Below, in pieces: positions 15,401 to 26,346 of a stretch of DNA of 64,000 nucleotides. How positions within the stretch are numbered: position 1 is the stretch's first letter; each line of letters starts with the position of its first letter. The stretch is taken from positions 65,596,001-65,660,000 of the forward strand of contig NC_092348.1 in NCBI RefSeq assembly GCF_963676685.1. Reading direction: 5' to 3'. This DNA comes from Mytilus edulis (Eukaryota). The translations under genes and the position numbers were made by a program. The notes under the pieces are model-generated. The model saw only the letters and a program-made list of their open reading frames with translations, ran no database searches and was not told where the DNA came from.

Positions 15401-16402
15401 ATCACACGACAACATTATGTTTATGAGCTGATAGACACAAAAAACTTTCAGCCAATCAGAAGACAAATTACATCCAACATTAAATTATAAACTCTTTATA
15501 TTTCTCATGTTATTTGGGGTAAAATGGTGTCATTTATCACAATGTTTGCAACATGAAAGCAAATGTCGTAAAAAAGTTATATTATATCACTGAAAACTCT
15601 TCCCGTTTTGGGGTATAAAACAAACCCGCCCAAAATATCAAATAAAGCAGATTTTTGGGTTTTCTTAAAAAATGTGAAATATTGTAAGAAGGAAAATACC
15701 AAACATACCGAACACAAAGGAAAATTAAAAAAGCTCAACGAAAAATAACTGTCATGATTATTCACGACTTGGTTCAGGCATTTTCTTTTATAGAAAATGA
15801 AGATTTTTCAAACGCATATTCTACACACAGTTTACAAATAGTATGTAGTATCAGTATTAGAAAGACTTTTACGGGTCAGAATAACCATACATTGATGGAT
15901 TACACCCCGATTCACGTATAATCTACCGTTTGACATATACAGAGATATGCCAATTGATGTATAATGGCATTTTCGTCACTTTTAAATCTTTAAATGAAAT
16001 TCGTCCTTGTTATTGTATTTAGTGTAAATATGTTTAAAATTTTATTTTTCCGTAACAAATGGCTTCTTGATATCTTCAAAATAATGAAGTCTAGAAGTAT
16101 TATGCAGAAAACAATAGAAACAATAGATATAACAGACTAACAGTTACACCACACCACATCTTTTAGTACAATAACGTTAACAACTGCAAATGGTCTAAGA
16201 CCCATTACATATGATAAGTAAGAAGTCAGTCATTCAATAATGGTGCTCATTACAAACATATTAACATGTACAGTTAAAACTATTAGAATTAGAAAGTTCA
16301 GAAATTTAGAAAAAATATTTTAAGTATGATACAAATTCATCTAATATTGATAAAATACTAAGTTTTCTTGCCTGTATTTTCATGGCACACTGCAAACTCC
16401 AT
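6413..16402 (-). CDS. Cytosolic alpha-carbonic anhydrase (CA1/2/7-like), 7 coding exons, about 264 aa
   Basis: Minus-strand exons with consistent phases: 16402-16372 ([10 protein letters not shown], candidate first exon, GC donor); 12565-12374 ([19 protein letters not shown]); 11913-11795 ([30 protein letters not shown]); 11360-11265 ([16 protein letters not shown]); 10087-9973 ([14 protein letters not shown]); 7412-7303 ([22 protein letters not shown]); 6544-6413 (..[18 protein letters not shown]..stop). All alpha-CA signature motifs are present and there is no signal peptide. Exons 2-7 are secure; exon 1 is less certain. Confidence 0.95.
6612..6822 (+). repeat. High-copy interspersed repeat, possibly Penelope-derived (opposite-strand copies at about 1435-1625 and 5870-6210)
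   Basis: GGAGCAGGATCTGCTTACCCTTCCGGAGCA..GGGGTTCGTGTT is shared among copies. Confidence 0.65.
7800..8284 (-). mobile_element. HINE/pearl-like element in a carbonic anhydrase intron (truncated relative at about 14115-14446)
   Basis: Repeated TGTCTCGC subterminal motif, internal AAGCTTCTGTCCAAGTTTGGTA repeats, a short (GAC)n run and a terminal hairpin TTCGACTAAAGTCGAA. Confidence 0.65.
8870..9125 (-). repeat. High-copy interspersed repeat (also about 7450-7650, 29960-30145, 32700-32910 and fragments)
   Basis: AAGAAGATGTGGTATGATTGCCAATGAGACAAC..TATAGGTCACCGTACGGC..ACTAACGGCC recurs through the window. Confidence 0.8.
16372..16402 (-). CDS. Candidate first coding exon of the carbonic anhydrase ([11 protein letters not shown])
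   Basis: AAAATGG start context and a phase-1 CAG|GCAAGA donor matching the phase of exon 2. Gives the usual length of about 260 aa. TATATAA and TCAGTT motifs lie just upstream on the minus strand. Confidence 0.6.
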
Positions 16403-16677
16403 TTTGTAACTGACCGATAGTATTGACTTTGTGAAGGTGAGTTGTTATATACTGATATCTAATATACTCGTGAGATGGACTCACTGTATTATATTTGGGG
16501 TAGATAAGAGAAGACAACTCGGTCCCGATCATTTATTCCTTAAATTGTAAAATAAAATACTAAAATATAGTACAAACCTTTATAAAGTGATAATGACGGA
16601 ATTTACTTTTAATGTCCAGTTAAAAATATTACAAACATATCAGGGCGAGAAGACATTAAACTTGATATAATAGAGTG

Positions 16678-16863
16678 TGTAACCTTAGAGCATGAATTTC
16701 GTTACAAAATTGCTTGTCTCCACCGGGACTCAAACCCGGGACCTCTGTGTTACAAGGCAACGCTTTAAACGACTAAGCTAAAGAAATACTAACTCCCTAG
16801 GCTCAATCGCTTACTGTTGAAGAAGTATCTACCACATTTACTCAGGGACGTAATCCCATCACA
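16678..16863 (-). mobile_element. 186-bp solo LTR containing a tRNA-like sequence (Helenus-type TRIM-like)
   Basis: TGT..ACA termini with a perfect 4-bp TSD AGTG (16674-16677, 16864-16867). Internal tRNA-like segment 16716-16787 on the minus strand has an A box (TAGCTTAGTCG), a CTTGTAA loop and a B-box-like GGTTTGAGTCC. Confidence 0.7.
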
Positions 16864-17994
16864 AGTGACTTGATTTGTAACAAGCTGCATGGCTCAAAGT
16901 ATTGCACATTTGAAAGACGATTTAATATACCAGACTCATTATTCTAAATAGATCTGAGCCGAACCACTTTTGCTCTTACTCCTAATTTCCACACTTTTAG
17001 TAGAGAAGCAACACATACCTATTTTCAAGTCTGTTAGTGTTGACTGGCAGTAACATTAGATTGGAAAACTTCAACAAAGCAAACAAACTCTGGATGAACC
17101 CTTCTCTGTCTATTTTTCTGTCATTTGTGTAACTGTATTTTCTAGAATTAAAGGCCCACGTACAATATAATGCAAACTGAAGTCCTGACTTTACGAAAGA
17201 TACGCCTACCAATAAATGTTTTATTTTAAACAACATTTTAAGTATCTAATCATATAAGCTAAACCGTTGAAGAGCTATATGACAAAAATACATAAAACTG
17301 ATAGCCAAATTCATCTGAAGTCAACTTTGCCTGAGGGAGTTGAAACCTTATTTTCTTAATCATTTCAAAATTTGTAAACGGATAATTTTAGAAAAAAATG
17401 TTAAATCTACTGAGGTGATGATACCCTCGGGGACTGATAGTCCACCAGCATATAAGTTGGTTCAACAGTATTCACTGAAACTTCTTTTCTAATTCTACAC
17501 CCCCTCGAATGATGAAATTGATTTCCGATCAGTACCATCATATTAAAAAAAAACCTTGGTGAATACCATACTAGCACATTTTCGATAATATTCAGTCATT
17601 TTACAATCTACCTTATAAACTTCAACTGGTTTCAATTAGTTCAGAAATTCTTAAATGAAGCTCTTTAACATTTCAGACTATCAGTAAAGCATACATTTTG
17701 ACGTTCGTGGCTGCCATATCTGTTTTCCAATTAGAGTTAAGACTAAGATTAAAATGTTTCGTAATGGTATTACAATCTCATATTGTAAATAAACCGAATT
17801 CGAACCCATTTGTGGTTCGAGTAAAGTTTTGTTTTATTGATTGATGCTAAGCCAAGGAGAAGGGCAATATATTACTTAAGGGATGTATTTGAACAAAAGA
17901 GATTTACAATATACACCAATAAGACATCAACCAAACCACACAAATTAATCAAAGCCATCTAGAGATAACATAACTATATTGTTTCCAACAATAG

Positions 17995-18712
17995 ACAAGG
18001 GTTTATAGATTAAATGTGTCAAGTTTTAAGTCGTCCATGTTGAGGTTTATAAAAATTAATTGAATGTGTCCAGTTCCAAGTCGTCCATGGTTGAAGGTAA
18101 ATAGATTAAATGTGTCAAGTTTCAAGTCGTCCATGTTGAGGTTTATTTATTGAATGTGTCCAGTTCCAAGTCGTCCATGGTTGAAGGTAAACAGATTGAA
18201 TGTGTCAAGTTCTAAGTCGTCCATGGTTGAGGATTAACAGATTGAATGTGTCAAGTTCTAAGTCGCCCATGGTTGGGGATTAACAGATTGAATGTGTCAA
18301 GTTCTAAGTCGCCCATGGTTGTGGATTAATAGATTGAATGTGTCAAGTTCCAAGTCGTCCATAGTTGAAGCTAACTAGCCTCGATATGTCAAGTTCTTAG
18401 TCGTCCATGGTTGGGGATTAATAGATTGAATGTGTCAAGTTCTGAGTTAGTGGCGGATCCAGGGGGGGGGGGAGGGGGGAGGGGGTTGGAACCCCCCCCT
18501 TTTTTTGGCCGATCAATGCATTTGAATGGGAGCATATAGTTGGAACCCCCCTTTACTCTGGGTTGGGACCCCCCCTTTTTAAAATGGCTGGATCCGCCAC
18601 TGTGATTCCGCCATGTTTGAGGGTTAATAAATTGGATTTTTCAAGTTCCAAGTCGTCCATGATTGTGGATAACTATATTGAATGTGTCAATTTCTAAGTC
18701 GCCCATGGTTAA
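17995..18712. repeat. 46-bp minisatellite, about 12 diverged copies, interrupted by a MITE
   Basis: Unit GATTGAATGTGTCAAGTTCTAAGTCGTCCATGGTTGAGGATTAACA (e.g. 18194, 18240, 18286). Confidence 0.95.
18448..18602. mobile_element. 155-bp MITE of the same CAGTGGCGGATCC group, inserted in the minisatellite
   Basis: TIRs TAGTGGCGGATCCAG / CTGGATCCGCCACTG; flanks TGAGT/TGATT (5-bp TSD with one mismatch). Confidence 0.85.
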
Positions 18713-21700
18713 GAAAAAATAAATTGAAAAATCATAGACCTGCCATCAACACCTTGTTCCTTAATTGATACAAACATACATTTTGAGATTCAGACAAAAA
18801 CTACTGGCGAGCTTCTCGACTTGGTACAAGCACATGGACTAGGGGAGGGGATAAACATATTATATCAAACTTCCTTCTTTAAATCTTAATCAAAGAAGTA
18901 CAAAAAAAGACAAAAGAATGTAAATAAAAATCTGTACAGAAAAGTACTTAACACAATTATACGGCTATAGAAGATAACAATCAATTAAAAGTGCTTGCAA
19001 GGACTGAAATGGTGGCCAGACTGTGTAGAATTAATTACTTTAAAAAAAAAATAGCATATTAAAGTTTAAATGGATTTTAAGTAACAGTAAAAGTGACGGT
19101 TTTATTAATTGTTGTACATATTTAGTGAAGACATTTATAATATTATTAACAGAGTGAAATCTAAATACCAATGAAAAATTATTTTCAAAATAAAAAAAAA
19201 ATAATCTTTTAAAAAAGTACTTATTTTATAACGGGTCAGAGCTATTTAAATTTTAATCATAATCTTTTAATAATTTTAGTACGGTCAATCTAGTAAAATC
19301 GGACAATAAACCGTTTCAAAATTGAATATGATACAAATGTATATAAGAACCTGCGTTATTAAAATTGGAAATGTATAATTTAAACTACGCGTTAGTAGTG
19401 TCAAGTCAGGCATAATGTTATTTAATAATATTTAGATTCAACAGTTATGAAATTGTAATTTTGTTTTACTTTTTTTGAATTTAGTTTTAATTAATAAGTT
19501 TTATGATAATCAAAAGGCGAAATTGATTTTGAAAGAATGAAGAGAATGAATTAGTATAAACGAATTAATACAATGTCAAGACAAGGTTATAAGACTTGTG
19601 GTTCTACGTAATTCTATTACGAGAAAAGTATCAAGTAAACAAAACATAAAAAAAGTTATATGATCAACATAAGTTTGTTTTGTAAATGAATTTTTTAATA
19701 AAACAAAAGTAAAACCTTTTGTGTCACCTTTTTTTCTCGACCCCATTCCCCCTATCTTTTTTCTGGCTCAAATATTCACTCTAAAATATTCAAACAAGTT
19801 TGTCACTGGACGTTTAGCAAATACAAATTAATCAATTAAAAAAAAGATAGTTCATGTAATACATTTCAAAATTGAGGTGGGGTTGAGGTAGGAGGCTTCC
19901 AAGTTAAATAGCAGCGAAACATAATGCTGATCAGATGCCATTGCCTTTTTTTTTAAATAATGGTTTATCACAGACTCCAGTATCATACTTATTCCGAAGT
20001 TAACTCTATCAATTATCGATAGGTAAAACCCCTTTTCATGTACCCTGTTTTACTGTTTTTCCTCCCTTTACAGCAACACACATAAATTAAGCTACATACC
20101 AGTCTCTTCTATACATGCTGTACCACAACTCATTTTATTTATATATCCAATGTAATTATAATCAAACCATGAAAGTAAACTAACAGAACACAAATTATAC
20201 AAAAATATAAAACACGTCACTATTAAATTGATAATTCATTAATTCATTAAATGTGTGCATAATTTAAACTATAAAAGGCGGAGCAACGTGACTTCAATTT
20301 TAATATTGTCCTATATATGTAAAATATATTAACATGTGTTTTGTACATTTGTTAAACTTCGATAAGAGTTGTACATTTAAACTTCGATAAGAGATCAACG
20401 TGTGCTCCGAGTAAAGGAGGGATTTTCATATGTACATACAGTGGCGGATATATATGTATATTTCTCTGAAAACTTTTTAAATTTAAAAAAGATAGTCGTT
20501 TTATTTTTTTTTAATGTCATATCAATATCTTAAATAATAGTACACAATATAATCAACCATTCGTGAAAAGTGTTGATCTTGTCTCACCTAGAAAAATGCA
20601 TATTCGGGACGAGAACATGCATATGACATGTAATGTGATATGTTTTTTCGGTCCTTTACTATTGTGCTCAATTGGCATTTCATTTCGTATATGAATCTTA
20701 GACCGACACTCTGAGCTGGAGTAATGTGTTTGTTCAAAAGGTAACCATTAACGGGTACACATACATGTATTTCATTCTGAAGACATTTTATAATTCCGGT
20801 CCGATCACTCTTTGCCTCTTCTCTTAATTGCACTAGAAGCAGCAAATACGGAAAGGAGACATGGTATCAACTTCTACATTTGTACGAGATGGACCAAAAG
20901 AAATACAAGCATATAAGCAAATACGAGTCACAACACGATCTTCAACATAAACAAAACTAATACCGTATACAAAAAAAAACCATGGGGTATTGTAAGCTTT
21001 AAAAGAATAAAATAGACAAAACAAATCAAAGGAATCAACTAACTAACTGGCATGCTTTAATCACATAATTAGAATGTTTTGGCGTTTTGTGGCGGATTCT
21101 AAAATCATATTTACAATGTATCAACCTGGCTTCAATTTGCCAAAAAAAAAGGTTTGAAGTTCTCTAACAATAAACCGAGAAAAAAATACGATATATAAAT
21201 TAAAAAAAAAACACAAAAAACATACGTCGAAGATAAACAGATGTCTAAAAAAGTTACGTGGGACCGAAGAAAAGATCTCAAAATACTACACCGAAAATCA
21301 AAGTCAAGAAGCATGACCATTAGAATAGCACTGAAATCAGGTGCTCCGGAAAGTATCCAGGCGACAGATCGTATTGATAACATTCAGAGGCAAATCATAT
21401 TAGGAGAAACGACGACGGGATTGTGGTTTCTCCAAAACAATATTTTGAAGTAAGAAGCATTGTATATTGTGTCATCTATATAAAAATATACTTGGTTGAG
21501 TGAGAACCAAACTCATATTTCCAAGACATCATCTTAACTTATAAAACTCCGACATTTAAAAATTTTATGAGCCTCGTATGGGGTGTCAATCATCAAGGAT
21601 CTTTAACATCAAGTATAAAAAATAATGACCTTCCAGTACAAATTTGATCTTGTCTTACGACGAAGGACAATTTAAATATTAATCTTGTACATGTAACTCA

Positions 21701-22525
21701 GGTCATTTCTATTTCTAGTGCTTCTCTTAATTTTTGATGTTGGTTTTCATTTTGTGGTTCCTGTGATATTTCCTATGGTTTATCAAACTTAATAAACATT
21801 GTATTTGTCTAAAAACATATTTATTATTTATAAACCATATCTTTTGATATGTTGTGATTTTCAATCAAACCCGAACAAGAATGTATTACAATTTATTAGT
21901 ATTGCCTATACACTAGTAACATGTATTTGTTTCTTTGAATATTATTTTATACTTTTATCGGAATACAATATCTTGCAATAAGCAATGCAATTGACTGACA
22001 AGTTGACAGTTATTTTACAGTAACTGTTATACATTTGTAATAATTAGCGATACTAAAATCAGACATTTACTATTAAGGTGTTTCCCCTTTTACATTAAAA
22101 TTGTATTACGTTTAAATTTCATTCAACTAATAAATTCTGATCGTTATATCATTTGCATTTTTTTAAAAGAAAATACTCAATAGTATTACAGGAATATATT
22201 CTATTGAACCCATATGGTATCTATCGATTCTTAGCTCAATGTCTAGTAGTCCAATTAGGAAAGGAAGGGTAACATGGGTAGTTTAACTACCGTATCATTA
22301 CCAAGTCAACACTGATGTTGTAAGTTCAAATCCCAAACGCGCTAGATTTTCTTGACTCGTATCATTATTTACTAGGATTATCAGTTTTCTGACCAGAGTT
22401 CAGTGGTTTGATCTCTCGGGGAATAGGAAAAGCAAATCGTCATAAAAGGCGTTTACAAAAATGTAACACCAAATCAAATCAAACAAAGACAACAGTAGAA
22501 AACCGCTGTTTGAAATTTATTTATA

Positions 22526-22621
22526 GGTTAGACAATACTTGGTCATGTTTTATGAAGATTTAAGCTCAAGGCGAAGCCGAGGGCTAAAATCTTCAGAAAC
22601 ATGACCAAGTATTGTCTGACC
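22526..22621. repeat. Near-perfect 96-bp palindrome centred on GGCGAAGCC
   Basis: GGTTAGACAATACTTGGTCATGTTT..GGCGAAGCC..AAACATGACCAAGTATTGTCTGACC. Confidence 0.9.
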
Positions 22622-22709
22622 AATTTAGAACATATTCACACTTTTGAGTGACCTTACAAAATTATCCTTTCCCATTGTAATATTCAAACCTAAATAAGAG
22701 TTCACTTTT

Positions 22710-23390
22710 TATAATTGTAATTGTAATTGTAATGAGTTTATTGCAAATCAACATATAATATACTGCTATAGCATCAACAACATATACAACATAGTAAGCG
22801 ACATAATATAAATGAAAACAGAAATCAAAATAATAACAAAAGAAAAAACAACATATTAAACAAATAGCACCATATATAGTTTTCTTTATCAGTTGTGACC
22901 GTAGTTTCCAGCTTTTATTTAACAAACAACAAAGTTTTAATACCAAAGTTCTTGGACATGTATGAATGCGTGATAAACATTTTGCCACAATAGGCCAGGA
23001 ACAATAATATTTAGGCAAAAATCTTAAACGCAAATGTCTATAGGCTGGACAAATCATTACAAAATGATATTCATTTTCAATAGCTTTCATGTTGCAACAT
23101 TGACATAGTCTTTCATTACAAGGCACATTGTTATATCTACCAATTTCAATGTTTAAGTGAACCACATCTAAGTTGTGTTAAGAGTCGAACATTAACATCA
23201 AGAAGTAAATATTTTTCCAAACAAAAGTCAATTTTAAACATTTTCAAAATATCTAATTTTTCACAATCCAACATACTAGATAATCATGTGTCATAAAAAA
23301 TTATATCTCGGTGTTTAAAACTATCAGATTTTTTTTATAAAAATTTCTAAATCAACTTGGATTATCTCGCTTGGAAATGTCCAATATTCT
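22710..23390 (-). mobile_element. 5'-truncated CR1/L2-type LINE 3' end
   Basis: The ORF remnant HLNIEIGRY..ERLCQCC..IENEYHF..CPAY..LR is the C-terminal zinc finger of LINE ORF2. It is followed by AATAAA and an (ATTACA)n tail. Confidence 0.88.
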
Positions 23391-24564
23391 TGAACATGTG
23401 AGAAAAACACAATCCGGGTTACAAACTTAAACCGAGGAAAACACATCAAATATAATAGGAGAACCACGTCACAACAGAAAAAAAAACCCACTTAAATGTA
23501 ACACACACAGAAACGAACAATAATATAACAAAGACAATCAAAGTTTGACCTATAACGATATCACTTTCAAATTCGCCAACCCCCTTTTTTGCATATGTAT
23601 TAAAATATCAGGCATATCATTAAAAAGTGTTTGTGACAAACTGAAAAAATACCAGACAAACTCATTTACGTAATAAGACATTTAATAATATGTATAATAT
23701 AATACAGTATATGCTTAAGAACAAAGTTAAAACATTTAACCGGCCAGCTCATGATAATAACACGATAGTTAAGATGTTAAAAAATAACGATCCAACTTGC
23801 AACATTGTTTTTCATTTAAAATAAAAATAAAAATAAAAATCATCATAGGATTAAGAATAAGAATAAGAAAAAAGTGGTATAATTGCCGATGAGACAACTA
23901 TCTACCACTAAAGATCAAAGAACGATAATGGAAACAGCTAGCTTTAAGGTATTCAACAAGGAGCAACACCTATACCGCATATAAAAAGGCCCAGACATGA
24001 CTGAATGTGAAACAAGTAAAAGAAATTCTGCAATTAACAGAAAATTTAAGTGTAGCAATCTAAAACTTACGCCATATGCATTCATTGATGATCGAAATAA
24101 CTATGTTAATGCCTAGTCGGAGATTAGATAGCTAAGAATATTGTTTGGTGGGAAAAGTCTAACGAAAGTAACAATAAATCCCAAATGGCAACACTGTGTT
24201 GTAGTTCTGTTTTATTTCTATTGTCGAACTACAAATGAAATAACTATCTAACTCCTTCTCGAGATATTAATTTCATATTTGTAAAAAAAATGGCATCCAA
24301 TTGACCATTTAACGATCTTTTTTCTTTCGTTCTAAAACTGCACGAAGTTGTCAAACAATTCTAAAAAAATATGAGAATAGATAGTTAACACTTATATTAT
24401 AGAAAAAAAAATATATTCAAATTTTAATTTGTATATTGACCTGAATTAGGATTAACTGTTTTGATTTTCTAACTTCATCAAAAAGAGACTCCATCAGAGA
24501 CCAATGGACAAGAAAACATATATAGATATCACCAATTAACAATATATTGTATGGTTACAATGTA

Positions 24565-25893
24565 TATGTCGTGTACAAGTTGCGATTTTGTACAGGTTAT
24601 AACATGTACAAAAATATTGTACATGTTATAACTTGTATAATGCAAAAATACAAGTTATAACATGTTCAAAAGTACCTCATACATGTTATAACCTGTACAA
24701 AATATTGCTTAAAAATGGTTTTAACTTGTACAAAATCGAAAAATAAGGATATTTTTCAATTATCGCAACAGATGATATTGACCTCGATATCATTTTCATA
24801 ACTTTTGTATTATTCCTTCATGTTAGTGTGTTTTATCCTTTTTTGATACAGTTAATGTCGTCCAGGGATCGGTATTACGAATCATTCCTAAGACCTGTCA
24901 TACGATATATCTTAGGACATGTCTTATGAATCTCTTATGACTATGGATAGACATATCTTTATTTGATGAATTATAATTGTGAGTATCCACTTTGAAGGCA
25001 ATAGTAAAATACTTTCTAGTTGACACTAAATGACATAAGAGGATAGCCAGGATAGATGTGTCTACAAATAAAATTGGGAATTGAAATGGGGTATGTGTCT
25101 AAAAGACAACAACCCGCCCATGGAGCAGACAGCATCCAAAGGCCACAAATACATGCTTTCAAAGTAGAGGATATATATTTAAAATATCAAAAGGACATTC
25201 GCCTCATGCAATGATCTTATAGTTTATAAACAAAAATTGAGTTATAAATTTACATAAGTCATGCTGAAGGCCAAAAATGTTGAAGAGTAGATCCAAAGAT
25301 ATTGATAATGAAGCGTGGTCCAATGAAACTATTTCAGCTCGCTCTTGCCTTTACAGAGTAAGCATATAAGACATTGTTTTAGTCTTTGCATGCTATAAAA
25401 ACGAGAGGGAGGAGTATTTCCCAAAATTGTTAGGAATCGTTCTTAAATTTTTTGGAAGAATTTAGGTACTAGTATCTAATGTAATTAATTGTCACTGAGG
25501 AATGCAAGCTTTTAGTAAATGGTTTCACACTTATTTAAACCATGATGGACTGCATAAAACATACAATTACATGAAAACACATTTTGCCAACATAAGTCAT
25601 GAAACACATATTTCTGAAACTTTGTGATCATTGTCCTCTACAGAAAAAGACACGTTCTGGCCCATTTATTGTTGTTCTTTATGCATTGGTGAATTTAAAT
25701 GTATATTTCACTTCATTAAGATTTATTTTAAATTTTGTACAAGTTAAGACCATTTTTAAGCAATATTTTGTACAGGTTATAACATGTATGAGGTACTTTT
25801 GTACATGTTATAACTTGTATTTTAGCATTATACAAGTTATAACATGTACAATATGTTATAACCTGTACAAAATCGCAACTTGTACACGACATA
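24565..25893. mobile_element. Non-autonomous DNA transposon with about 170-bp TIRs (TATGTCGTGTACAAG..), TA flanks
   Basis: 24565-24736 is the reverse complement of about 25732-25893. The arms are built from TGTACA/GTTATAAC palindromic subrepeats. Confidence 0.88.
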
Positions 25894-26099
25894 TATATTA
25901 TGATTATATAACTAATATACAATTGCCTTTTGACAAACATAAGACTATAAAGATTCTACGATAAAATACCAGGCAACAGACGAAAACCCAGATCACGAAG
26001 CAATAGTATACGTTATTATAATTACAAAGTTGTTGTTCAATATGTAAAAAAAAATACAAAGTGGTTTCATGGAATTCAATGAAAAAAGATAAATTTTCA

Positions 26100-26246
26100 T
26101 TTCATTTAAAATGTCAAAATATATTGTTACGCTATCGTATTTCCTCTACACGCTATTTCCAAATTAAAAACAAAGATCCATTCATGATATAAGATATAAA
26201 GAAGATACTGCATTAAATGACAGAAGAATTCTTTGAAGTCATAGAG
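26100..26246 (+). promoter_or_regulatory. Core promoter (TATAAA 26195-26200) and short non-coding exon 1 of copy A
   Basis: Block conserved in all three paralogues. TATAAAG lies about 50 nt before an AG|GTA donor (26247), and the intron ends 1 nt before the ATG. Confidence 0.65.
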
Positions 26247-26346
26247 GTAAACATTAATATGTTCTTATGTTATTTGTTCATAGTGTTGTTATTTTGATTT
26301 GTTATATTTTGAACTATTATATGATTACTTGTACTCCATTTTCAGA

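Noticed and set aside
16716-16787. Functional tRNA-Thr gene
   Set aside because: Anticodon and acceptor stems pair poorly, the T loop is mutated, and it lies inside a TSD-flanked element.
22662-23165. 167-aa zinc-finger protein gene
   Set aside because: It is the C-terminal remnant of a truncated LINE ORF2 with a simple-repeat tail.
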